Source: Octopus vulgaris (taxonomy: Eukaryota). From it: DNA of 64,000 bases. The position numbers and the translations under genes are program-made. The stretch's first letter is position 1; each line of letters starts with the position of its first letter. The stretch spans positions 15,624,001 through 15,688,000 of the forward strand of contig OX597822.1 in NCBI GenBank assembly GCA_951406725.2, given 5' to 3'. The notes under the pieces are model-generated. The model had not been told where the DNA came from, made no database searches, and saw only the letters and a list, made by a program, of their open reading frames with translations. Below are positions 11,819-25,844 of this stretch, piece after piece.

Positions 11819-13110
11819 TTATGTATATATGTATATATGCATGTATGTATGTATATGTCTATATATGTGGATACAAGCGAAATGATCGTTTTCGCTGTTT
11901 CCATTATCATGCGTTATAGTTTAACAAATGATAAGCCAAAATGGATACCGACAGCAATAGATAATATACCGGCTGTAGACGGGAAGATTGCATGTCATGT
12001 GACTGAATATTCCATTAGATATATAGCCATAGAAGTTCTTTATTATCAACATTTAAAGAATTACGTCATTATTTCTATTCTACTAGACACAACCATGAGC
12101 GTTCACGCAGGCGCATATATCTGTAGGCATTTTCACACATACAGTGATACACAGAATTAGATAGCGAGATATTTATGGCTATATAATCAATTGAAGCGAA
12201 ATAAAATTGTATATCGGTATTTATATAGATATTTATGCGTAATAAATGAAAATGATTGTGTTACATGACATATATCTATCTCTATCAGTCCATTTCTCTC
12301 TTTTTCTCTGTCTTTGTGTGTGTGTGTGTGTGTATCTATATACAGATGCACGAATGTATGTGTGTATGTTTATGTGACCAAACGAGCACACGCACATATG
12401 AATATATACACGTGAATTTTCGAATAGTTGAAATACGAAAAATTTTAATGTTTTTCAATATTACTAAATAGATCACCTATCACCCATTTCCTTTCTCACT
12501 TACAATTTCCCTCCGTCTTTTCTAGTCTCTCTCTCTCTCTCTCCATCTCTCTTTCTCCCTCTTAATTTTTAAATATAATGGCAAACGGTAGAACAGTATA
12601 TAGCTTACAGGTTTGTAGGAATTAAACAATTTCGAGATATTTTGTTTTCTATTTTATGTTCCATTCTATCCTGAATGATTGTCGCAAAAACTTAAGAAAT
12701 GATATGAGCCAATTTCACATATCACGCTCTTCTGACACTGCACTACCACATACAGAAACGATTCGGTTCCTTAATAGTGACAATTATTGATTCAATTCAT
12801 GTATTCTTCCTCTAGAATAACACGTAGTTATTTAATCTTGGATTATAAAGCAATGTCTGGCGAAATTACATTAGACACTTCATAAATTTATAAAGATATA
12901 ACAGTCGAATGCTACGATATGGAAAGAGACATTTCACGAAGGAGAAACAATAGCTTTAAATAAGCAAAGGCTTACATATGCTCACCGAGCTTCCTCACTT
13001 AATGAGATTATCCCCATCCCCGTTACAACACCTGAGATACTTCTAAATAACCTAATTACAGAGGATTCCAGAAATATTTTGGTAGTACATCACCAAAATG
13101 ACCACAGATT

Positions 13111-13166
<56 letters not shown>

Positions 13167-13368
13167 GACGTTCACATAATGATGAATTGTTAAAGACGGG
13201 GGAAGCAATAACTTAAATATACAATGGGTGTACGATTGGAAACATTTACGTACATAATGAGATAGACAGACACAAACAGACAAATACTTAGATAGACACA
13301 CACGCACACAGATAAATAGATAGAGATAGATAGACATATAGGTATTTATATTTGGCTAGCTAGCTAGC

Positions 13369-13421
<53 letters not shown>

Positions 13422-14401
13422 GTTATTTGATACTTATGTTTTACAGTGAATTCTCAGCTTGGGTCATGATTATATGTGAATGTGTGCGTGTGTGTGTGTG
13501 GTTATTGTTATTAGCCGATGATGCCGTAATTTTAGGGAAAATCGTGAGCATAATTATTTTCTAGTGACAGTACATATTTATTCCCTTCATAATATCAGAA
13601 TTGACGGATCAAAATTCTATCAGAAACAACTTTTAGAACAAATTTAAAAGTTAACCTATGCTGTGCTTACATTCATAATTGACAGAAAATATATATTTCT
13701 ATATAGCTGTAAACACGATATTTAGTATTCTGTTTAATGAAGAGATACAACTTTGCAGTCAAAGAGTAGTTTAATCATGGGAAATTTTCTTTCTCAGATA
13801 TGTTATAACCTCGTTAATTGCTAAATCGCTATTTATCGCTCTTGTAGGTTTGAATATTGATTACACACTTTTAGTGAATAATTTATTAAATTAAACTTCT
13901 AGATAAACAGACATTTGGTTTACACTTTGTTGAGACATGCAATTATAGCATCTATCACAAATATGAATATAGAAAGAAGCAATATTATGCATATATTTTC
14001 TACATCAGTCTATTACCTTATGGTAATAATGTTGAAAGTCATATTCCAGTCATGCATTGCTAATGGCATACTAAATACGAAGCATTGATTAAATTGAAAA
14101 ACTGCAGAACAAAGTATTCTTTCAGAGTGACATTTAATATAAAACCTCGTAAAGCATAGACTGAACCTGACATAGGAATATTACTAAATATACATATACT
14201 TCCTAATCTAGGGAAACGCAAATACGCGTTTGCAGTTCGGAAATTAGTTATTTACTCCAGACTAGTAATACTAATTTCATTTCAGAGTGGGACGTGAGCA
14301 CACAATCGATAAACCACAGTATAGGCAAAAGACTGTGTATGACACTTTCATTATCTCTCCTAAGGCGATTTTCTTTCTTTAGCTCTGAACTACATTGTGC
14401 T

Positions 14402-14630
14402 AAGGCAGCGAGCTGGCAGAAACGTTAGAACGCCGGGCGAAATGCTTAGCGGCATTTCGTCTGCCGCTACGTTCTGAGTTCAAATTCCGCTGCCTTTCAT
14501 CCTTTCGGGGTCGATTAAATAAGTACCAGTTACGCACTGGGGTCGATATAATCGATTTAATCCGTTTGTCTGTTCTTGTTTGTCCCCTCTGTGTGTAGCC
14601 CCTTGTGGGTAGTAAAGAAATAGGTATTTC
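14402..14630 (+). mobile_element. Meta-like SINE, truncated after first unit
   Basis: aaggcagcgagctggcagaaacgttagaacgccgggcgaaatg...gtagtaaagaaataggtatttc. Confidence 0.85.
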
Positions 14631-15352
14631 ATTACACATTAACACACACAATTGTGAATTCTGAACGGCACGACTGAAAGTCCTATCTTCGCATTTTCGT
14701 TGAGTTTTCCTGATGTTTAATATTTCAACATCACAATTCTACCGAACTAAGCAGCTTTAATAAACAACTGAATATAAAAAACGGGAACAGCCAAACGGAT
14801 CGTGTGGAAGATACCAGTATAGCGAACTCCTAATATAAAGGGACGTTGAATAAGAAGCGGAAAAGTAAAATCAAGTGAATGATGTAAGTAATGTGGATGG
14901 AAGAAGTTTTATTAGAATATAATCGTGCAATATAATATCAATTATAATAAAAGTAACCAAAATAAATTAAGAAATATAAGAATATAAGAAATTATATAAA
15001 AAATTTTATAAGGGTATGTACAAATATGAAATATGCAAAAAGTTATAAAATATATGAAAAAATATGAAAAATATAATGAATAAATAGATAAAAATAAATA
15101 AAAATATAAAATGTATGGATATGAAATATAAATTAGTGATAAACCTTAATATAAATATAAAGTGACACGATCAAAGGAGAAAAAATATAAGCGTCACCAC
15201 CAGACAGTCAGCTTAGTTTATGCATGTGAGGTGATCGTATGAAACAATATCTTTACTCTCGCCAGATTGAGTACTCTTTTTGTTGGAACTGGACCTAATT
15301 ACACGGTTCAATTTATTATATACATATGTATATATACATGTATATATATGTG

Positions 15353-15416
<64 letters not shown>

Positions 15417-16864
15417 CTGGTTACTTTGAACAAATTAAGGTAAAGTGATTTCAAAAAGGCTTCAGGCTTCCTCATTTCCTGAGGTGAAAATAAACGCACA
15501 AGTACTTTTGTATACGCACACTTGTACGTATGGCTTAATCACGCATTCTTAACAAAAGATAAATATACACTCATAACTTGATTTGAAGTATAACCAAATC
15601 AAAAACAACGTTATTGCACTCAAAAGTTTCAACCACCAGCAAGAAAAATTACTTTCAGCAAAAATCCAGATCCTTGCGTCAATCCTTCATATCTTTATGG
15701 AATCAATAACTATTTTAATCTTAGTTCTAAATAGAGAGAAGCAACACAACATGCTAAGTCGCTTATCAGCCGCATAAAATATCCATGAATTCTCTCCTGG
15801 TATGTTGAACTTTATATTTGACATTGATGAATATAGTTATATATATAACAGAAAAACACATCAGTGAATCATATTTCTCTCGCATTATATCATACCGATA
15901 TATTATTCAACATAAAATTATATAATCAAACGCTTTACTAATAGTTATTCCTTGATAGTGAGGTTAAAAACCAATCTTTACAGATATTGCAAGTAGTATA
16001 TTTTATTTTATAGCAGATTACACGGTAGCAAAAATCATTATATGTATTTTCCTCTTATCGATTGTTTTCTTTTTTTACTAATCTCTATTTATATTTTTGT
16101 ACCTTGATTTAATATATTTCAGTTATGTTTTACAGATTCAGTGGATATACGGGTATACTAACAGTTGAACGTGTACGGAATCATGCTGAAAGCCACAAAA
16201 TTGATATAGATATATATTCAACAGAAGATAGTAAAATAAATGATATAAATTTGTAAAGGGGAAAAAATAAAAACCTTGTGAAAAACTTGATGGAATTGAA
16301 TACTGATAAGTATTGATTTGCTATGGGAAATAAAGTTAACGGTTCTCTGTTGAAATACTGGAAATAAGTTTCTGGCCCAATATATTTTATTGCTTTCGAT
16401 ATTGCCTGAAATTTTTTACTGAATCTATAACTATATATTACTGCGAGAGATGTTCACGTGACATATGGAACTTAAAAAGGAATTGAAGACTTTAAGGAGG
16501 CATTGTGGGGGTAGTTGTGAGTGTGGTTCATAGGGAGACCAAAGGATGCATAAAGATACATATATACATGTGTGTGTGCGTCTCTATTCGTGTAAGCATT
16601 GTATATCTATATACATTTCTATCTTTATATGTGTGTGTGTGCGCCTGCGTGAATGTGTGTGTGTGCGCGTATTTCTTAAACAAAAAGTTGTTCATAGTAA
16701 CTTCGAAGTTTCGGCCAGCTAAGCCATTGTAGGACAGCCATTCAACGAAGGCTTATTCTGCTTTAAGAGTAATAAATTTGTATTCTACAAAAGTATAGAA
16801 CACACACACATATAAATATATATATATATATAATCAAAATAAGCAACAAGGATATCCAGAGGTA

Positions 16865-16950
16865 ATGCAGTACGATCGTTTCATGCGACTCCATTTAATT
16901 GAACAATGCAAACAGTACATCAATTTAAAATGAGCAATCTTCAGCTGCAT
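16865..16950 (-). ncRNA. Type I hammerhead ribozyme motif with long stem II
   Basis: Minus strand: AUGCAG-CUGAAGA-UUGCUCAUUUUAAAUUGA...UCAAUUAAAUGGAGUCGCAU-GAAA-CGAUCG-UA-CUGCAU. Stem I 6 bp perfect; stem III palindrome ACGAUCGU; GUA site at 16873-16871; first stem II pair U-U. Confidence 0.82.
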
Positions 16951-18027
16951 AAAGATTTTATCAACAACATCACAGTTGTAACTATACAAGTCAATCCTTC
17001 GAATTTAACTAAATTCTATAACTGACAATCGTGGGGACTAGTGATGTGTGTGGTCGGCAAATAAAACATGGTAGAAGGGAGAATACCACCCTGTGCCAAT
17101 GTATCTTATTGTCGGCCCAACAAAGCGTTGTTGGTGCGATTCTGTAAACTAAAGTTTTGTGGGATCTGAAGGGATGTTTAAGTACCCTTATCGTATTCTT
17201 ATACCTTGGCCCAGTTTGACATCTCAATTATGTTACAAGCATTCACTCCCATTCTTCGGCTTGAGTATTGTCCTCCTAACAAAACTAAGTTTTAGGTGCT
17301 GTGCTTCTCTCATTCCAAATTTTGAGTAAGATTTTAAAGGAATAGTTCAGCAAGAATTTAATCATAATTAATTGTTTATTTTTTTTCGAAATTTAACTAA
17401 GTTTTAAGTTTGCAATTTGAATATTTTTTAAGACAAACAAATTGAAACAGAAAGCTATATTGCAAACCATTTCCACTTCAGACGGATATATTTTTAATCA
17501 CACACAAATGTGTATTCCTCACCCGTTTAATTTCTTTAGCGAATTCCACATTTCCGATACTGATGAGCTTGCTTTTGGGGGTGGTTGGAGAGAACTCGTT
17601 AAAATAAAATTTCTAACCATTTTCTCATTAGTACACATAGACAGCTTTTAATTTAACTCATGGAAATTATTATAGGACAGATAATTGATTAATTAAATCT
17701 AGCAGATATAACTGATCTTTTCTGCTTTGTTAGCGCCATTGCTCTTTACCCAACATAATAGAAGTTTATTATTGCAATTCAGTCGTATGTTTCTATATCT
17801 TTTGTATTGATAGAAATTAAAAACAGTGAAAATGTTTTATAGTCATTGACGGCCATAGTGATATTTTTCGTGTGTGAGTCAACAAAGTTTTCTATTACTG
17901 TAAATAAATCAGCTTCTTTTGTTCAAATTGCTAAAGCTTAAACTAATGGCACATTCATTCTGGCCGTTATTCATTTATCCGCTACTAATATATGGCCAGA
18001 TCCCCATCGTAATAATATTTCTATCGA

Positions 18028-18135
<108 letters not shown>

Positions 18136-18779
18136 TTATGTATATTTCGTATCTCGCATATCTCAAGGTTTTATATACAAAACTATCTAAATAGTTCTCA
18201 TTCAACGTTTTAGTACAAAGTTACTACAAGCGACGGTGTTGCAAAATTCTATATGTTCCGTTTGTTTTATAACAGGAAAATGACAAAATTTATTACATGC
18301 CATTTTTGTATTGCTAACCATTGTCTTATAATTTTACTATCAGTCCTCGGAACGTAACCCGAAATTTTATGCCTTTATTTTGTGGAAACATCTACATACG
18401 TCTACGTATGGACTCAAACAAAAGCAACACAAAATAGAGACAAATACTCTGCTTTTTGCACGACAACTGTTACAGCAATAGCAACTACTGCTACTACTAC
18501 GACCACCACTATTACTGCTGCTTCTGCACCTCCTCCTCCTCCAACTACTACTATTCAAATTTTTCTCTACCCGGACACTTACTCCCTGAAACCTGCAGTC
18601 CTCTGACCCGCGTTGTATTCTTCGAAAATTGGGCCAAAAGAAAAGAGAAGGAAGAGAAGAAGAAGGAAAGCATAAAAGACTGTGAGATAACGAAAGTGAT
18701 TGCTATCAACTATGATCACCCAACTAGAACGAGTGACCGGTACTAACAAAACAAGAGTAATAGCGAAAAAATCATTGCA

Positions 18780-18869
<90 letters not shown>

Positions 18870-18984
18870 AGCAACTGTGAAAGGTATTCAGTATTTAACG
18901 AATAACATAATGTTCTATCAATATTTCTTAATTTAGTTTATACAGGAATGAAATCCCTATATGGTGATGTCATCTAAAATTGTC

Positions 18985-19189
18985 ATTCTTTTATTAGTTT
19001 CAGTTATTTTACTGCAGCCATGCTGGAGCACCGCCTTTAGTCGAACAGATCAACCCCAGGGCTTATTCTTTGTAAGCCTAGTACTTATTGTATCGGTGTT
19101 TTTTGCCAAACCGCTAAGTCACAGAGACGTAAACACACTAACATCAGTTGTCAAGCGATGGTGGGGTGGACAAACACAGACACACAAAC

Positions 19190-19240
<51 letters not shown>

Positions 19241-19410
19241 CGTGTGTATGGACAGCGGGATTCTTTCAGTTTCCGTCTACTAAATCCTCTCACAAGGCTT
19301 TGGTCGGCCCGAAGCTATAGTAGAAGATACTTGCCGAAGGTGCCAAGCAGTGGGACTGGACTCGGAGCCATGTGGCTGGTAAGCAAGCTACTTACCACAC
19401 AGCCACTCCT
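18985..19410 (-). mobile_element. Full-length tRNA-derived CORE-like SINE with internal microsatellite
   Basis: Minus-strand head aggagtggctgtgtggtaagtagcttgcttacc..., core cactgcttggcaccttcggcaagtatcttctactatagc, internal (CA)n(TA)n tract, tail; homologous copy at 40390-40853. Confidence 0.88.
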
Positions 19411-19959
19411 ACATAACAATTTCTTTGTCAGTGGACTGGCCACAGATTCGAGCGACAAAACTTTTGATACCATATTACACATAAATGTTTTAGTAAAGTT
19501 AAACAGATTTTGTATTTTATTAATGGCAGCCGTATGTCTTTTGTTCATCACACGATCTCAGATCAAAACACTTGCATAGCAGATTTCTTTTCTTTCTTCA
19601 TTTTTTAGTTGTAGTGCACCTAAGAACTATATACAACGTGTTCATTATATTATATATGGAAAATAATTAATAAATTGCAAGTCTGTTGTGATCAGTTTGG
19701 GATTTGTCCGCCTTACCAACACGAAGACAACAAATTAGAAATCACCACGAAACAGAGGAACACAAATAATATCCCTCACGATGCGTTCTTCTCAGTCTAA
19801 ACAAAACAAAAACAAATTTTGGATTGGAGTCGAAACGTGATTTACATTTACATCATTTAAAAACTATAGCAAAATTTGGAAGGACAAAATCCTTAGAATG
19901 TCAGATAAAATGTCTCAAACATCATAGCAGCAGTATTGAGATTAAATACTATTCTGCTG

Positions 19960-20730
19960 TAAGCTCTGGTAGGTTCCTCACTAGTCTCCTGAAGGAATGT
20001 AGACACCAACTTGCTGTCCCTCTGACCAACCTCTGGAGAAATTCTTTAGACTCAGATTATATACCGAAACAGCTTCTATCCGAGTCTGTCATCCCGGTTT
20101 TCAAACAGGGAAACAGATCCCTCGCACTGAACTATCGCCCAATCTCATTCACCTCCCACATTATTAAAGTGTTTCAAAGAGTGGTAAGATCAAGGATTGC
20201 TGACTTTCTCGAGACCTACTAACTCCTAAATGCAAATTAGCATGGCTTTCGCTGTGGCAGGGACTGTCTAACACAGCTCTTACACCACACTGAAGATATA
20301 CTTAAAGCTTTGGGAATGAGTTCGAACTCTGATGTCATATATCTTGACTTCAGTAAAGCATTCGACAGGGTTGACCATAATATCTTTCTCTCAAAATGGT
20401 AAATGTTGGAATCCGTGGAAAACTTCTTGGCCCGATCTTCTTTGGCCCGATCCTCTTTATAATTTACATAAACGAACTTTCCAGCGTCGTAAATCACCGC
20501 AAAGTGAAAATATTTGCTGATGATTCTATACTCCAGAAAATCATCAATGAAGAAGATGACCGAACTCAACTCCAGTCTGATCTATAAGCTGTGAGTCAAT
20601 GGGCAGACAAAAACAAAATGCAACTAAACAAGGGAAAATTTGGGCTGATGCATTTTGGAAGAAAGTCTATATAAAAACAGCCATACTCTCTTCCTTCAGG
20701 GGAACCACTCACAGCATCTAATAATAATAT
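19960..20730 (+). pseudogene. Decayed CR1/L2-type LINE reverse transcriptase (5' part)
   Basis: VIPVFKQG..NYRPISFTSHIIKVFQR, HGFR, DVIYLDFSKAFDRVDH, LGPILFIIYINEL, KIFADDS, LQSDL..W; stops, frameshifts and an internal deletion. Confidence 0.9.
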
Positions 20731-20735
20731 CTTAC

Positions 20736-20807
<72 letters not shown>
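20736..20807. repeat. (TAA)n tract at 5' flank of R4/Dong element
   Basis: Direct reading; a matching (AAT)n lies at 23541-23570. Confidence 0.95.
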
Positions 20808-20808
<1 letters not shown>

Positions 20809-23540
20809 GCGAGGTATGAAAAGCGTGTTAGATTTTTCTAATAATAGCGAGGTATGAAAAGCGTGTTAGATTTTTCTAATGATAGCGAGGTATGAAAAGT
20901 GTGTTAGATTTTTCAAGGACAACAACATGTTCAAAAATAACACCAAGAATTTTTACGGGAAGATAGGAAAAAGCGTTTACTGCAGGGTCTGTACCATCAA
21001 AAGAAGAAGTGCAGGGATTTTGGAATAAAATCTGGGCAGAAGAAAAAACACACAACGAAAAGCCCCCCTGGATTGACAGAATATCTACAGAACTGGACCC
21101 CTTAGAAGAGCAAAAGTGGGAGGGTGTCAAGGTAGAAGATATAAGATCTGCTCTCACGAGGTCAAGCAAATGGAAGTCTCCAGGAAAGGATAAAATTCCT
21201 AACTTCTGGCTGAATGCCTTCCCAGAGAGCCATGAACTGCTAACAGAACTGTACAATGATGTTTTGCAACACCCTAGTAGGATGCCTCCTTGGCTAGTTA
21301 ATGGGTTAACATTCCTGCTTCCAAAAAGTGAAGAAACAAATGAACCAAAAAACTATAGACCCATAACCTGCTTAACAACTATGTACAGAACACTAACATC
21401 TGTCCTGACGGAATATACCTATAGCTTTTTAACAGACAGCAGCATATTCCCTAATGAACAGAAAGGATGTAAACGTGGATCCTACGGCTGTAAAGACCAA
21501 CTACTCATCAATAAGATGATCTTAGAAGATTGTCACAAACGACACAAATCTTATCAATAGCCTGGATAGACTATAAAAAGGCTTTTGATAGCCTACCAGA
21601 TAGCTGGATTAGGAAATGCCTGGAAATGTATAAGATAGCACCTACTCTGCGAAACTTCTTGACTGTAAGTATGAGATCATGGAGAATCACACTAACTCTG
21701 AACAGTGACAATGAATCCCTAAATGCTGGTGTTTGATAAAAATATAAATCATCTCATTTACATGGATGATTTAAAGCTTTTTGCAAAAAATGACCAACAA
21801 CTCAAGGGCTTACTAGCGATAGTCAAACAATTCAGTGACGACATCAGAATGCAATTCGGCCTCGATAAATGTGCAAAAGCTACCTTTATCAAAGGAAAAA
21901 TGACAGAAACATCTAACGTTAACCTTGACCAGCAGAATGTCATAAAAGAACTAGACCCAGCGGAGAGCTACAAGTACCTAGGGGTAGTTGAAGGGAACGG
22001 AATAAGGCATTCAGAGATGAAGAAAAGGATCAGGAGAGAATGTTATCTAAGAGTGAGAGCAATACTCAAGACAGAGCTGAATGCAAGAAACAGGATCGAA
22101 GCGATCAATGCATTAGCCATACCAGTCGTGACTTACAGTTTCAATATTGTTAACTGGTCAATTACTGAAATATATCAGCTCGACAGAAAAATAAGGAAAC
22201 TGTTGACAATGCATAGAATGCACCACCCTAAGGCAGATACAGAACGACTCTATCTGCCAAGAAAAGAGGGAGGCCGTGGTCTTTTGCAACAGGCAATAAT
22301 AATGAAGATTGCTACAATTGGCCTAGACACCTACCTGAAAAACTCTGAGGACTGAATGTTAAAACTTGTCTCAAAACATGAAAACAAGAAAGCATCATAC
22401 TCAGTCACAAAACAGGCAAAGGAATATCTAAGTGAATTCCGAATACAACCAATTTCGGAAATAGAGATTGACATACAAGAAACAAGCACAGAAAAAGCTA
22501 GGCGCATGAAAACCCGTGCCAAAACTGCGGCCTTAGATATTCTGAATAATAAATGGCAAGAAAAACATCTCTATGGCAAATACCCAAAGAGAGCGAATAA
22601 CGCAGATATCGACAAAGCCCTGACCCATCAATGGCTAATGGCCTCTGGCTTAAAATCTGAAACAGAAGGGTTTATCATAGCAGCTCAAGATCAATGCCTA
22701 CCAACAAGAAACTACCAGGCCAACATATTAAAGAACGGCAGTAGCCCAACATGTCGTGTATGCCGACAACAAAATAAAACCATTGATCATGTTGTCTCCA
22801 AATGCAGTCTTCTAGCGCCTGCAGAGTACCTCAATAGGCATGATAGAGCTGCACAATATATTCACTGGGTAATTTGCAAAGACCTGGATTTGCCCCATGA
22901 AAAAACTGGTGGGAACACAATCCACCTCCAGTGCTTGAAAATGACCACATCTCACTCCTCTGGAACTTCACCATTCAAACTGACAGAAAGATAGATGCAA
23001 ATAGACCAGACATCATATTGAAAGACTTCAGACAAAGAACATGCCTCCTCATTGATATGACTGTCCCAATCGATATAAACGTATCTGTCAAGACCTACCA
23101 AAAACTGAGCAAATATAAAGATCTTGAAATAGAAATCAGCAAAATGTGGAAGCTGAAGACTAAAACAATACCTGTTGTCATAGGTGCCCTGGGAATGATA
23201 GCGAAAGGGACTGATTGCTATCTAACTCAGATACCAGGAAACCCAAAAATGGCAGAAATTCAAAAGATAGTGCTCATGGGAACTGCTCATATCCTACGCA
23301 AAATACTCTTTATGTAATCCCAAGGTTTAAAACAAACATTTTTTTTATTCTTATTTTTTTAAAATTTATTTATTTTTATTCATTTATTTATTTTATGTAT
23401 TAGACATTCACTAGTACAACACCAAAAAAAAAAAAAAAACCCAAATATATGGCACAGAACTTCCAACCTGTTGTCTCTTGAGGTTTCTGGGTGAGGCTTG
23501 GAGCCAACTTGTACAGACATAAAGCAAAAGTCAAACATAG
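20808..23540 (+). mobile_element. 5'-truncated R4/Dong-clade non-LTR retrotransposon (RT, CCHC finger, restriction-like endonuclease), frameshifted
   Basis: WKSPGKDKIPNFWL, PKNYRPITCLTTMY, EQKGC, WIDYKKAFDSL, HLIYMDDLKLF, YKYLG, GGRGL, CRVC..HVVSKC, RHD, RPDII..IDMTVP..KLSKY; ORF end 23317; flanked by (TAA)n on both sides, the established Dong target. Confidence 0.92.
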
Positions 23541-23570
23541 AATAATAATAATAATTATAATAATAATAAT

Positions 23571-23710
23571 ACCTTGGTGTAATTGTTGATAACAATCTCA
23601 ACTTGAGTGCTCACTTCAACAATAAAGTCGATATAGCGCGTAGAATGATCTCCTGGATCTTAAGAACCTTCCGGTCCAGAGAACAATGTGTCACCATTCC
23701 ACTTTTTGTT
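23571..23710 (+). pseudogene. Continuation of the CR1/L2-type LINE after the nested insertion
   Basis: LGVIVDNNLNLSAHFNNKVDIARRMISWILRTF follows on from ...YSLPSGEPLTASNN at ~20720. Confidence 0.85.
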
Positions 23711-25777
23711 CTTTGTAAAGTACAGTATATTTTGATATCGTCAAATAAAAGCAGTACTATTAGAAAATGCAATCCCCAATTTAAAAAGAAGATTTAAATC
23801 AATATCATAATCATAATAGTCGAAGACAATTTAATTTCAGTTAGTTATTTCCCATTGTAAGTTCACCTTCAACAACAATGCTAAAATTTGTAGCAGAAAG
23901 ACAAAGAGGAATACAGGAATTGATGAAAATGTTTTCGTCACATGAAAGGAGAAATAAAATAGATGACATTGAAAGATTTTAAGTGGCGAATTGTCACACT
24001 TTATGTTTATAAAAACAAAGAGAGACAGGCAGAGAGGTAGAGAGAGAAAGAAAAAGAGGGGAGAGAGAGGCCAACACAGCTACGTGAGTACGTTGTTCTC
24101 ATCATATGAGCAGAGAGTCAGACATAGAAGAGAAGTGCATAGTATGTAAGTAACCTATGAATTAGGTAAATAGCTATCAATTTAATGTTATTTTACTTAT
24201 TAGTGAATAAATATAATTTCCGAAACGAAAGCACGAGTTGAAAATTGGCCACGGAAACGTCAAGAACACGTTATTGAACTGTTATACTAAAAATCAATAA
24301 AATGATGAGACATGTAACACAAGCAGCCATGATGATGACTTCCAAAATCGAGAGAAACATTTTTAAAAACGTGAGCTTAGCGCATTGTTAAAATCCGGTC
24401 CTTTCAATGCACGTATGTGCTAAAATCCCCACCCCAAATGTTAGTACTGCTGATGCTGTTGCTACTGCTACCACTTCTACTGCTGCTGCTGCTGCTGCTG
24501 TTCGTTTTTGTGATCTCAGACAAAAGGCAGTACTTTTACCATTTCCTTCACATATTTTACTCCGCTTACCACCTCGAGCCATATACGCTTACTTACAGAT
24601 GGAACGGCGAAATATTTCGAATTTTTCACCAGCGTACAACATGCAAAGATTATTTTGATAGATAGATGGAAATAAATAAAGCTGTCTCAAAAGAATCCTT
24701 CTAAGCAGCACCTATATATTAGTACTTAGAAAAAGCAGTGAATTTTTCACAACGAAAAATAATTCTTTACAACCTACCTAGGAGAAGCCTCTGACGGAAA
24801 ACGTAAATAAGTAATGGCAACAAAATAGAGACACTGGTGACGACATTTATGAGTGAGTGGTGCGCTGCATGGAATTATTGACGTCATCACGTGTTTATGT
24901 TTAGTAGAATATATGTGTGTGTGTGTGTGTGTGTATTCATGCTCACACAGAAATATACACACACGTATAACACAATCCTATGTGTATAAATTTACACGTA
25001 TGAACGTTGGTGTGTGCGCCCCCGCTCATACTCTTAATATATATTTTGAACTGGAGCAAAACTGCAAACTTGAGATAGATTTACCTCCACTGGACATATA
25101 TTGATAAGAAGAAGAGAGATGACACCGGCGTCAATAATAGCTATAATTGTCTCATCACAAAGACTGGGTGAATGCTTTCTAGGAACAGAAAATCCTTTTA
25201 TAAAAACCAAATCCGTTACTTTATGTTTTCTCTTGATATTGTACTTAATAATTATTCCTCTAGAAATATTATTTTGTGAAAATATTAACCAACATACACC
25301 TTTATTAAAGCGAAAAGAACATACATAAGCCAACTATTATACCTCTTGTATTGGCAACGCCAAGCAAAATTCTTATATATTCGGTTGACCTTTACACATA
25401 ATGGAAGAATTATATAAAACTTCGCTCCGCTGAATAAGAGTGAAAGCTGAATTCTGGTTAGTTAAATATGGTGTTTCTTATACAAAATTTATTTTATCCG
25501 TACAATACACTAAAATTAATTCACTAAATCTGTTCTTATACGAAAATCTGTCACCCTACCCCAAACATTTTCTTTGTATGCTTCTCAAACTCTGTAAACA
25601 TATACTAATATATTTTCATTGAAACAATTATACGAAAACATCTGTTATGAGAAAGCATAGTTTAGTGTTTCCGTTTTCATATTTGCAAATAAATGGAAAA
25701 AAATCTACCGAACTCATATATTAAAAAGTAACATTTTTACTGGATCACAACTATTTTACATAATGCATATACATGTA

Positions 25778-25842
<65 letters not shown>

Positions 25843-25844
<2 letters not shown>

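Noticed and set aside
17550-17605. ctgatgag...ctcgtta possible hammerhead
   Set aside because: No GAAA box and no stem I/III partner.
18961-19320. 119-aa ORF with signal-peptide-like N-terminus
   Set aside because: Lies antisense within a SINE and crosses its microsatellite.
20801-20914. Regularly spaced 31-bp repeats suggestive of CRISPR
   Set aside because: Spacers are 7 nt and near-identical; repeat is retrotransposon coding sequence in a eukaryotic context.
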